From positions 2,108,001-2,172,000 of the forward strand of contig NW_025767379.1 of NCBI RefSeq assembly GCF_003918875.1: a stretch of DNA of 64,000 bases. Direction: 5' to 3'. Both the position numbers and the translations under genes were made by a program. This document shows, one piece after another, positions 1 through 13,200 of the stretch. The notes under the pieces were generated by a model. That model worked only from the letters and a program-made list of their open reading frames with translations. It searched no databases and was not told the origin of the DNA. The stretch comes from Haliotis rubra (taxonomy: Eukaryota). Within the stretch, counting starts at the first letter, position 1; every line of letters begins with the position of its first letter.

Positions 1-204
1 ATCACGAAAACCGAAGGTGTACATGGTCGTCATTTAAAAAAAAAAAAAGTGATATAAAACGAAGACAATATTTAATTTTGAAAAGAGAAGCAATAGACTT
101 ATTAACTCAAGGGTTGTCATGTCGTCTTGATCATCTTAGAACATACACAGAACAAAATAAACAATCAAAACCTGTGGTGTTGTTGACACTCCGTGAGCTT
201 CTGT

Positions 205-220
205 GGCCGCGGCCATTTTC
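205..220 (+). promoter_or_regulatory. YY1-like motif (GCGGCCATTTT) in the probable MIGA promoter / first-exon region
   Basis: ggccgcggccattttc about 800 bp upstream of the ATG exon, which has its own acceptor and so needs an upstream non-coding exon. Confidence 0.4.
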
Positions 221-1026
221 ACACAACATTCAGAGTTGTGTTTGAAAAGGGTTTCGAAGCAAACTCATGAGTTCATATGACAGATAGTCAAATATATCTG
301 ATGAATTTAATCAGTATCTAATTAAAATGTTTTGAAAGTAACCTTGAAACCGAGGGAATTTAACTGGTTCGTTGAAATACGAATATTATGCTGTACTAAA
401 CCAAGCAAAGCTAATGCCGACCCAAGGGCATGATTCTGTCAAGAGCACATAGCGGCTTCACTAGAACTGAGATAACGTGATTTATAACGGGACAGATATG
501 CATAGTTACAGCTTCTCTTAGCTTACAGTTAGTCTTGAAGGCTTCTTGCCAATAGTTGTACCTGAGATCTTCATTACAGTACTGGGATCAGCAATAAATC
601 TCAATAATGGTAGGCCTAATTCTGTTTTTGTGCCATTATCCTCGAATCAACAAGAGAAACTTGAACACTGTTGAATTTAGATTTTATAAACAAATATCTA
701 ATTTGTGTTGTCAGTATACCATTGTATGAAAACGTTATATCTAAGCATTTCCCCGTTTGTTTGTGATCACATGTTTGTTTGGTGCATTATGTAAGTTAAT
801 AGAATGGCACAATATTCTTTTCTTTGTTCGAATGAATCAACAAATAAGAACCGCTGGAATCACTGACATGATCCAAGTGTTTGGGGATCATGTCTGATGT
901 ATTATTTTGTATTATGTATTACAGCAGCTAAGCAGACTTTTATTTCTCATATTTGGAATTGTCAGAAATTTATTCAGTAAAAATTCATTTCAGATTTGTT
1001 GAGGTTAATAGAAGAACTACTCCACC

Positions 1027-1276
1027 ATGTTCAAGAATCTCGCCCAAATTCAGCAACGCCTACCAGCGCTGCCACACCTGTCTCGGCAGTTCAAGTATAC
1101 AGCCTTTAGTGTATCTCTAGGCATTGCTTTGATTGGTTTGATAGCTGCCATGCTGCGTCGAAGGAGGGGTCGGCGTCCTCCCACACAGAAGAAAGGAAAC
1201 AAACACAAACAAAGCTTGGCTGAAATACAGAGGAAATATGGCCGAATAAGGAAACCAGTAGCAACACCAAATGGAG
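1027..1276 (+). CDS. MIGA: MIGA coding exon 1 (start codon, membrane anchor)
   Basis: Acceptor tttcag at 988-993, CCACCATG start, donor GGAG|gtaatt; phase 1. Confidence 0.85.
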
Positions 1277-4200
1277 GTAATTGAATACACCTCCACCTTT
1301 ATTGTAATATGGAATGTCAAAGTTTCTGGTTCCTTTTGTTTCTGTTGGAGTGTCAGTCAGGTTAATGGTAAATTAATTTCATAATAGCAAAGTTTAGAAA
1401 TGTTCAGGGCTGCCCATAAAATTCATACCTTGAAAAAATACACTTTGTGATGCTGTATACAATTTGAAGTTCATCTGATTTTTTATGTTACTTTCATGCT
1501 GCAATCATAGAAACAAAGTCTATAAAGAATCATTTGTTTGTAATTTCGTTTGAGTAATACATATTATACAAAGCCATTGATCATGTGGATAAACATGACA
1601 CACATCCTTTGCTAAAGTGATCTGGACAGGCTTATATACATGGCGAAATGAACCTATGAAATGCTTGTTATAATTTATAAAATATAGGGATTTGTAAATT
1701 GAAGTATTGCTTAAAGAAGAAATGGAGTCTAGGTGAAATGACATTCATCGAGGTAAAAGACTCTGGTCTTGTAGGATAGGTTCTAAAAGGCATCCCTAAA
1801 TATCTTTGTAAGTGCAGTGTGGCATCCTTAAACAAAGTACATTTCTATCCTTGCATGTATGCTGAACAACTGGAAATTTCATTACATCAGTGTAACAATT
1901 CAGCAAGGTTGAAGCATTATGTTACATGTTGTATGAGCAAGATCAAGGATTGTATAATGTATTGTATGTTAATGCCAAATGATACAAACATGATGTTTGG
2001 TTGGGGGTGTGCTAGTCAAGACAAGTAGACATTCAGGGATGAAATTCTAATAATGAATTTAATAATAATATAGCTGTGTTTACAATACACACTGATCAAT
2101 TCATGACTACTGGGAAATCATAGGCCAAGTGAACTAATGGCAAGACCTACATCACTGCATCAGTGTGCATGTACTGCTCAGGACTGTATGGAGGCAATGA
2201 GATGTTTTTCCTGGGGCGTAGGTTAAAAAAGTGTGTGACCTGTGAAGATCCAAGTTAGAACTGGCCTTGAGCAGCCCAGGCTTGTTGTAAGAGGCAAAAA
2301 AAGGGATGGTGGTCAAGTTCAGTGTCTTTGTTTGACACATGTCATCTTATCCCAATTCCGTAGATCGATGTTCATGCTGTTGATCACTGGATTGTCTGGC
2401 CCAGGGACACAAAGCTGGAATATTGCTGAGTGCAAAGTTAAACAACAAACAAACAAATATTAAACTGTGTATTTATTTATGTTTAATCAACTTGAAGTTA
2501 AGTTGAAAATGTAATCACTCCATAGCAGGATGGAATACCACCTAAATATCTTCATAAGTGCCCTGTGGCATCCTTGAAACAAAATACATTTATCAGCAGG
2601 GGTTAAAAAATCCCATTGCCCGACGCCCAGGACAAGTCAGTTTTCCTTTCGGGCAATCAAATAATGGTATCTTACTTGTCCGTGGGCTACTAGATAATTT
2701 CCACTTATGGTTTCAAACTGCAAATAAACTTGGATTTAATTTCATATCTGCTCAAAATGTAGCTATTAAATTTCGCAATGGTAATAAAGTAGACTTATCT
2801 TTCTTTGTTATTTATCACTTTTCAATAAATAGTCCAGTAAACATTAACATCAAATACCATGTTGATTTATTCTTTCATAATTACATCATAATACTTATTT
2901 CATAAAATCAGGTCAAGTGGAAAATTAGTCAAGACAAGTTACTTTCTTAAATTAAAAAAATGTTGAACCCCTGTTTATCAGTTTATAACATATTGGAGCA
3001 ACCAGTCACATTCACATCGACATCCAAGTGTACACTCCAAGTATCCCTCCCTATCAAATGTTTGAGTACTAATACTGCTGTATTAGACATGGTATACTGT
3101 ATTGAGAGTATTGTGTACCAGGAAGGAGTTGCCATGACGGAAGTTTCCTCTTCCTTCCTACTGTTACATCCTGTATGATCTGGTTACCAAATACACATAG
3201 GGCCTAAAAAAACTGTTGTGGTTTCGATTACCTGACCGACCCTTGATTTCTGGTGCCGACCCAAGTTTTTTTAAAGGCATGAATAAAATACGCTTTCAGA
3301 TACTATTGTTTTTCCCTGGCACCAACGGACATTGGTCATTCTGATAAAGAAAGTTGACATGATGCCCGCCAGCTCGATTGAATAAACAATTACACATTGA
3401 TAAGTGTGTTATTAGTTCGTACTTTACTTCTAAAAAAAAATGTAAATAAAAAAGAATTCCTACCTACCGACCTTAAAGTTTAAAGAGGTGTAATCGGAAC
3501 CACAACATATTTTTTGTTTGGCCTAGTGAGAATATCTTGTATGCTATAGTCATATAGTTTTCAAAATATTCTGGGCAGTTTAGTGATAAATATATAAAAA
3601 TGATTCACAATAAAATGACATAGGTAAATGAGAATGGTTTTACGCCGCTTTTAGCAATATTCCAGCAATATCATGGCGGGGGACACCAGAAATGGGCTTC
3701 ACACATAAATGACATAGGTATGTTGATTAGAATAATATGGCATTATAAAGTAACCTTGGCAGTAACTGTAGTAGATGTGACATGCATTGCAGTGAAACCT
3801 TGACCAATAGCTAAACATTATTGCATTGCTCAAGTAACACTGAATTTAAGAAGATAGGACTGACTGACTGAGTTTGGTTTTACGCTTTTGGCATTGCAGT
3901 GAAACCTTGACCAATAGCTAAACATTATTGCATTGCTCAAGTAACACTGAATTTAGGAAGATAGGAATTTAAGAAAAAGAATTCCAAAGTTGACTGCCAA
4001 GGGCACAAGATAAATCTGTGTGTGTAAAAGACAGAATGCTGTCTTTGTCAAATACAGACTATATGGAATATTGGTGATAAAACTGAGGGATCATCTACGA
4101 GATAAACGAGAACTTTAACATAAAGTTGGTACTTGTATTTTCACACAGATACTGCATCAAACATCATTTGTCTGACCGTATTTAATAAGTACTTCATTGT

Positions 4201-7200
4201 TATTCAGATGTGCCCTCTCGGTTGCGAGACAGTGTCAGTCCAAGTGGGTCGATGCGCTCTCTCATCCAGCAGAGGTCCCTCTCCAGCTCTCTATCCAGCC
4301 TTGGAGGGGCGTCATCGTCGACAGTCACACACCCTGGCGTGGACCCGGACAACATGTCTCCTCTTCAACTGTGTCAGCTCGGTGAGTCCAGGGGTTGTCC
4401 TGCAGGAAATAATGGTTAACTTCTCTTTTAAGTTCTCTTTTAAGGGGGTGGTTGGGTAGCCCATTGGTTAAAGTGTTCGCTCATTATGTCAAAGACCCGG
4501 GTTCGATTCCCGACATGGGTACATTGTTTGAAGCTCATTTCTGGTGTCCCCCGTCATGATATTGCTGAATATTGCTAAAAGCGACATAAAAAACCCCAAC
4601 TCACTCACTCACTTTCACAAGTGATATTGCTGACCGTATTGCTAAAAATAGCAATGATGAGGTTAGAGATGTAGTTTGTGATTTCAGTTGTGAAACAAAG
4701 TGGTGGTGAACAGGTTCAGGACCTTTATTGTAACACATGGTCATGTGATACTGTAAACTTACGCTTGTGTGTGACACACTGTATGAATGACGAACACTTG
4801 ACACTTGTAATATTACCAGGAGGCTTACCACACACTGTATGAATGACGAAAACTTGACACTTGCAATATTACCAGGAGGCTTATTCCAACATCAAAATGA
4901 CTCCAACATATTGTGTAAAAAATAGTTGCCTGAAATCATATACTGAATGAGAAAACAATATTAGGCCTTTTTTCTATTTTAGTTGTTTATAAGTCTGATG
5001 AACATATATATTGTGTTGTAACTTTGTCACATTATGATATAGGTATGGAGAACCTGGGAGATGCTGTTGCATTCTGGGAGGATGCTGTAATGAAGCTCTC
5101 CTACGTGGATGACCAACCATACCCTGCTATACCTGTACGTCTGAAGTTAACTCGGAATTTGATGAATGTTTTCGTTGATTATAGAAAACCTCCCTTGCAT
5201 GCAATAAACAATTAGCTTATACTGGGTAGATATATGTATATGTACTACTCAAACAACGGGAAGGATATGTAATCATGTGAAAAGAACTGGCTTTTCTGAC
5301 CTGACTGGCTGGCTTAGTATAGCGTGTCTGAGGAGGGTATCCGTGTCAAAAGGCAGGATGGTATCTATGTTGACTTGTTCAAACAACCATTTCTCACAGA
5401 AGATCAGTGCAATAATCAACAGTACAATGTTAAACCCCATCTCATTTCACCTCTTCTCATCTTACCACATATGACTGCTGGTCTGTGGTTCTGTACATAG
5501 AGCTCAGGCCACAATTCAGTTGAAGTTAAGAAACGTTGGGCGCGGAGAGTCCTTGGATGGGTGACCGTGTTTGGCAGCTTGACTCCTGAGAGTTTCTAGG
5601 ACATCAGTCCTGCCCCACAACGAAGTACATGTGATACATGTGGTCTCACCTTAGGCAGGGATTTACAGTACGTGAATTCCTGCGTCCTATAAACATAAAA
5701 ATTGACAATGGACGCAACGAAATTTATTAGCGCTTCCACAGGGACTCAGAAAAAGTCTAAATTTTATACTTTTGTAAATTTCCAATCAAGTATCACTGAG
5801 CTTGCTACTAGCTGGGTTATGGTATTATTTGGAATTTAATTACTGTAACAATGTGATGATCATGATACACAATACAATAACAGTATTAGCAATAATGTTT
5901 AAGTGTCTGGGACCCGCATTTTGTTGTCCAGGACCCCTGAAAATTAAGAGTATGAGTCCCTGGGACCCTCAAATACAGCACTCCATGTAAATCCCTGCTT
6001 AGGCAAGTGAGTTTGTTCCAATTTGCCTCTGTTCACCCAGCAGAAAATGGGTAACCGGTGGGATAAGTCATGTGACTATTACCTTCTAGAGTCTGACAGG
6101 CAACTTGGTTGTCTGGGGTAATAATGAACTGTGTCTTGTATGAGCTTATAGCATGTCCCTCAGTGTCGTGGATGAGGTGCTGTAAAGTACTCTTGTTATT
6201 ATGAATGTCTATTGATTACGTTTATGCAAGATGTTAGAAGCTTGTAATGTACAACTGTTGGAAGCAATGTTGTTGTTTGTTGGTACTGCAAGACAGCCCT
6301 TGTGCTGGACTGAGTAATTTTATAAGTGTAAAGTGACCATGATGTGTAAAGCATGAATGTTGGTTGACCTAGCGCTGGTGTTTACAGGACCCTGACACTG
6401 CGGCTCTGCAGCATCGTCTGGAGCACCTGCTGGACCTGGCGTACCGTATGCAGGACAACTACGAACGCCAGTGTGAGCGCCATGCAGACCAGGTGGCCCT
6501 GGGGTCGGCCTTGTCGGCCTTCGCGGAGATTGATCGTCTCCAGGAGAGGCAGCGTAGTCTTGACGAGTCATCCAGCGATCAGGACTCTTTCGTGTCGGCA
6601 ACAGATGTGAGCATTGTATACTATTAGTAATTTAATCAGGAATAATTCATGTTTGTTTTGCCAAATTACGTGGCATGCATGAGTAATGATACACTTTGCC
6701 ATATGGGGGTGAGTGAGTGAGTATGGTTTTACGCCGCCTTTAGCAATATTACAGCAATATCACGGGGGAGACACCAGAAATGGGCTTCACACATTGTACC
6801 CATATGGGGAATCTAAGGGGCTACCCTGTCCGTCCCTTTTCCATAAAATTCCTTTTGAATTATGAACTCGATTTGAAAGACACACCCACTGTCTGATCAA
6901 ATGATTCTCATAAGTGAAATACAGTCTGTGGAAAGGGGGATTGAGCTGGTGACATCAGTCCAAATGAAGCTAATTTGCAAGTGAATCCTGTGTATAAATC
7001 TTGATAAAATGGATTCATATTATTCTCTGGATAATTGAAGATGCACTATCCAGGTTGGCCCAATATTCATAACGTATGGTAATTTGATGTGCAGAGTTGC
7101 AGCTCTTGTTATTGAAAGAATAACTACTTGCTTTTTTGTTATTTTCTTCAATTAAGCACGATCGGTATGGCAGTATTGTTGCTACAAGTTCTGCTTGGTT

Positions 7201-10200
7201 TTAGATGGCCAACCTGTCTGACCTTGAGAAACATCGAGAACTGTTCCGCTACCTGCCATTGTATGAGGCAGGGCTACTCGAGCTCAAGTATGGGAACGTC
7301 TCCTGCAGATCTCTCAGGTAACCATGGTAACATGCATCAAGATTACCAAAATAGATACTTTACTCTACCATTCTGTCATTCTATGCCATTCATAATTTAT
7401 CCTTCAAAATAAAAACAATTCTTCATATATACTTGTTCTTGGTAGTCAAGGTAATGGAACAAAAGTTTTACCATCTTCTCACCCTAGTTTCCATGGTTAC
7501 TCAACAGCATTCATTCAGCACCACTAACCTGACATTGTCTCGGTGCATCATGTTCAGTAGATTCAACTTGTTAATATATGGACTTCTATTTTCTGAGCAT
7601 AATAAACGAAACAAAATTTCACTAGACACAAGACTGCTTTGGGAAACTAGGGCCTCTGTTCTTGAAATCTCTTTAAAATCAATCCTTAGTGCTCATGACT
7701 GCATCCTCAAAGAACTGAATACAGGCCAAATGCAAATGACCTTTTACCAGTGAAATGACCTACCAATAAAATGACTAACATGAAGTTGACATTAGCCTCC
7801 CAGAAAACAGCATTCTTCGGCTTTACAGTACAAATGGCAAAAATTCTAGAATGATTTAGAGATTGTATTGTAGTGCTTCTGTCAGTCTATGGAAAGTCTC
7901 TTCAGAATCAGATGTTCAGCCTGTAACTATCATTTGGAATGCTCCTTGTTAACCTATTCATGGTTGCATGACTTGTGATCTTGTAAGCAGGCTTCTGATT
8001 GGTTGGTTGATAGGTCATTCTGATGTGACCTGTGAGTAAGTGAATGTGGTTTTAAGCCGCTTTTAGCAATTTTCCAGCAATATGACAGCATTGGACAAGA
8101 TAGATGGGCTTCACACGGTGTGACTAACAAGCACTTTAACCACTAGGCTACCCCACCGCCCTCATGTGACCTGTAATGGGATCTGATTTTAATAAGATTG
8201 TCTGTACCCAGCTGACAAGATGGACCCATCGTCCATCATGTTGTTTATGAATGCTACTCAAGATGGTGGCTTGTTTTTGTTGTGTCATATTACTAAGTCA
8301 TGTTTCTTCTTCCAGAACCGAGATGGCAGAATGTCTTTCTGATACTGAATTTCTAGCAAAGCTATTTGGCCTCAGGCTAGCATTTGAAGTATGTACTACA
8401 TATAATGTTTGTATATTTACTTAGACTAACTGCTAGTATTAGTATACCTGTATATCCTACTCAAGGCACACAATCTGATCATTATTACCCCAGATAACCC
8501 AAACTGCCTGTTAGGCGTTAGAAGGTTAATAGTCTCACGAATTATTTTATCAGGTCAAATGTCAGTAATTGCAAGTTAAAAGAAAACCTGAACATTGAAC
8601 AGTCATTGTTAAAAGAATCTTTACAAAATTCAGAGTCGATAATGAAAAGTTTTTAGAAATATAAAGAATATGTGTGTGATTAGGATAATGATATTGTGTT
8701 TTCCAGCACATCTTCAAAGATGGTGAGAAGCGTGAATGGTGGCGGGTGACTGGCAGGAGGCTCATTGGGGACATGCTTGTGCAGGCTGACAAGGTGAAGG
8801 TCACTTCTAGATGATAGTCTAACAGCTCGGTGGTCAGATCTGGCCTGGGTCTAGACAGTGCAGCTTATGCTCTGTGTGAAATTGTCTGTCTGAAATCAGG
8901 AAGGCATTTGTTTGTCTTGTAACCTTTAGTAGATGTCTTTCCTGAAACAACCAGAAGAGTCTAGGTTAGAATTTGTCACCAACAAGAGACCCTGTCTTGA
9001 CATATCGGGCAAACAGGTGTGGTTACCTGGTGGATTGCATGTCGTTGTTTCCAGAGGGCTTGTGACATTGATCATAAATTTATCACTGTATATCTGTTTC
9101 TAAATTTAAATAATGTATCATATAGGTTTTCTGGATTCTGGGTTGCAAGAAACCCCATGGTCTAGCTCCTCAGTACCTCTGTGATCTGTTCCACCGTTAT
9201 ACTCCTGTACGTTCCCTCCGATCAAATGACCAGTGTCTTTTGATAATTCCTGTGACTAGGACAAAAACATATGGTGACAGGTCACTCGAGACAACTGGCC
9301 CTCATCTCTGGAACAATCTTCCATCTCACCTCAGAACACAACCAGATTTAGCTGTTTTTAAATCAAATCTAAAGACGTGTCTCTTTGCTGAAGCACTTGA
9401 ACTCTATGTGATATCTAAACCATCTTAGAGCCAAAGCGCCTTTGAGCGGTTTACGGATATTGGCTCTATACAAGTATTTGTATGTATGTATGTGTATGTA
9501 AGAGGATTGGATGGTCAGACTTGTTGATTTGGTTGATGGTGCGTTACATACCTTGACAGGGTGAAACAATCCTCATAAAATGGACAGTGGAGGGTCTGGT
9601 CATGATTTAAAGGCTTCCGACCTTTAGCTGGAATGTTGCTGTGTGTGGTGTTAAACAGGAAATAATTACGAGACAATGATGGACAATAAAGGATGAAACA
9701 AGATGGTCCTTAAGAGGACTCTTAAGCTCAGGACTCAAGTTTTCTGATCCGCCATCCTCCATGCTGATGATACTCAGACTTGTATTGTGTTGCAGGATCC
9801 AGAGGAGTTTTATGTCGCTTATGACAAGATGGTGTCCTTCGTGGAGATCATGGACAGCTGGGACAAGATTGAGGAAGAGCTTAAAGGCAGAGGGGTAAGT
9901 TCTGGCATGAGTGTGACTTTTCAGACATGTGAGGGGTAAGTTTCTGAAACTAGGGGTATGTTTTCTGATACTGAGGGGTGAGTTTTCAGACATTTGAGGG
10001 GTGAGTTTTCAGACATTGAGGGGTGTGCATTTTGGCATTGGTGTGTGAGTTTGGGAAAGAGGGGTGAGTTTGGGCAAGAGGGGCAAGAGGGGTGAGTTTG
10101 GGCAAGAGGGGTGAGTTTGGGCAAGAGGGGTGAGTCGAGAGATGATGTTGCAGATGAGGCTTGGATGCAGGTTCACACTGGGGACACACAGAGAGGCATC

Positions 10201-13200
10201 AATGAAAGTTGTTAAATCAAGATGTAAATTAGTACTGATACATATGAAGTATATGATTTCAGACGTGTGGTACAGTGTGTGAATCTCTGTGTGTGGTTTT
10301 ACACAGCGTTTATGTCTATTTCAGCAATATCCATGTGGGGGACATTGTGTGCTGAGACTGAGGTTATATTTTTGTACTCCTATGTATCATGATTTGTTGT
10401 CTTTTCCAACTTCAGGTGAAGACCATGTCTTTCTATGACATTGTGTTGGAGTTTATAATGATGGATGCGTTCGATGATCTAGACAACCCCCCAGCTTCAG
10501 TAGTAGCCGTTGTACAGAATCGATGGTTGTCTAATGGGTTCAAGGAAACGGTACGTATTGTCTTCTGATGGGGATTATTATTGACGGTCTGTATCTTAAA
10601 TATATTTAAGGAATTATATTTGTGGGAATGAGCCAGTTGTTTTTCCCACTTAGTAAACAACAAATCAAAATAAGTATGTCTAACATTGAATAAGGTGAAA
10701 ATTGAAACAAATCTTAAACAAAACTTAAACCAATGAATCAATCCCCCAATGTATAATTTCTTGCACATTCACCAAATATGTGAATATCCTCCCAATAATT
10801 AAAGTAATTAGAATAACTCCTAACTGGAATGCTATAGAAGTCTTCGTACCTCTTCAACGTTTGCTAATGTTCACCCTCTACCCAAGTAATAAATTACATT
10901 CCAATTTCTCATACGTTGAAAACTAGATGCTGACTTCATGCAGTGTTTGAGTACAATGCCCCCATGACTTCATGCAGTGTTTGAGTACAATGCCCCCATG
11001 ACTTCATGCAGTGTTTGAGTACAATGCCCATGACTTCATGCAGTGTTTGAGTACAACGCGCCCATGACTTTCTGTTTAAGGCTTTAGCCACTGCTGTTTG
11101 GTCTGTGTTGAAAGCCAAGAGAAGAATGTTGAAGGTAAGTACATGAAGAACTGAAATATGTACAGAATTATGTCCCTTAGCCATATCAGGATCTGCTCAC
11201 TGTTGGGCATTTATTCATTATTTGTCATATAACTGAAATACTGTTGAAAGCCTTGTTAATTTGCTGTTAAGTTGATTAATTTGGAATGTTATGTCTCTGA
11301 CACGTGTGCTGTTCATGGACATCACTCATTTACAACTAATGACAATCATATTCTTAATGCACCAAATCCTCTCCCTCAGGGTACTACATTATTACCCTGG
11401 TGAATGGATCAGCATGCATTCAAATTTCTTTCTCAGCTCACTAGAGAGTTTAGCAACAGTCGCTTCTTATGAGGTGTAACAGTTAACAGTCACAATACTA
11501 TCTCATCCCACTTGGTACCCATTTACAGCTGAGTGAACAGAGACATAATGTGAATAAAGAAACTTGCCTTATGCTCCACCAGATGAACTTGTGTCAGTAT
11601 AGGGCAGCACTGATAGCGTAGAAACTCCGATGAGTCAAGCTGCTGATCACCCATCCACCTGATTCATTTACTCATGTAATATTGCGATGGGGTAGCATAG
11701 TGGTTAAAGCGTTCGCTTGTCACACCGAAGGCCCAGGTTGATTCCCCACATGGGTGCAATGTGTGAAGCCCATTTCACGCTGTGATATTGCTGGAATATT
11801 GCTAAAAGCGGCGTAAACCTTACTCACTCGCTCCCTAACGCTGCTTAACTTCAGCTGATACATGGTCTGTGGTCTGTACAGGCTACCATGTGCACACTTG
11901 CTTATATCAGCATGATCATGCTCTTTAAATATAATGTTTAGTATTTTGTCAGTGTTTATATCATCAGCTTGTGCTATGGTCATTTACAATAAGTTATATC
12001 ATTAAAGTACTGTTGGAAATAGGAAAAACTGTTTTTAGGCTGTTACTCTGTATCCCTACAATTTACACAACTGCAAGTAGCATATGTTGAAATAAACCAC
12101 ATCGGCCTAACTGGGTGTTCAGTGGGATGTGTAATAGGATATCTAGAAAATCATTTGTACTCGTAAAATTGGGCAAAAAAAATACGAATAGCTGCTGAAA
12201 ACAATAGATCAGACTATAGATGGCAATTAGGTCGCTTAGCCAGGTATGACGACGGACCGTCGACTCACCTGGTATGAAATGCATGTGCTGCCTACAGGCA
12301 CAAGGGGTCATCTCAAAGATATTTTATTCATTTTTTCATGTGTATTGAATATGTCTCATCTATTGAGTATCATCTTACCCGTCTTTCATAACGTTATGTT
12401 GGGATGTGTAAAACAATATGATACCCATAGAAAAGCTTAAATCAACTATCGTATTAAATGTCTCAAAATATATAGGTGGCAAGACCACCCCAACACCGAC
12501 AGGACTGGATATTATTTGTTAATTGTTAAGACATGCCGTTTACTTCCCCCAGTTTAATTTCCCTAGAGGATTATCTTATCTTAGCTGATATCTCTATCCC
12601 CCAGTACGACCCACACCACCGTCTGTGACACTCGTCCTGGTTTTGCTTTTGAGACGACCCCTCCTATCTGTTTCTTTTTATAGTGATAGTGAGGCTTCAT
12701 GGTAGCTACATCCTTAATAGTTTCAGTATTAAAGTTAGTATTTTTTACGTTAGCTGTCGTTTATAATGAAGCTAAATATAGTTTCAAAATAGGCATTTAA
12801 AAACTGTCCTTTGAAATACAATATCATCGCACACTGATTTGCATAAAGCCATGGTCTGTTCTGAATAAGTCGCTTTGAAAAAATCTGCATTACTCATTTC
12901 TGCACTAATCTGTCCTCAGTAAAGTCCTCTTTTTACGTTTCCTATCTCCCCACCACTGAGACCGTAGTTAGGCCAAACTTAGTTTAGCAGATATTTCACA
13001 CTTTCACATATTAACTTCATAAATTGTAGATATAAATTTGAAAAAACAGCTTTTTTAATTTCCGACAGTACTTTAGTTTATGCATTAGATAGCAGAAGCT
13101 TCGACCATGTTGGCCGACATAGTTCTCATAGTTCCCCGTATTCTTTTGTGAAGTCATTGTGCTTTATTCTTGTCATGATCCTTTAATTGCAGTTTTCTGA

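Noticed and set aside
5522-5567. 5S rRNA gene
   Set aside because: Only ~45 nt of internal 5S similarity, embedded in a dispersed repeat.
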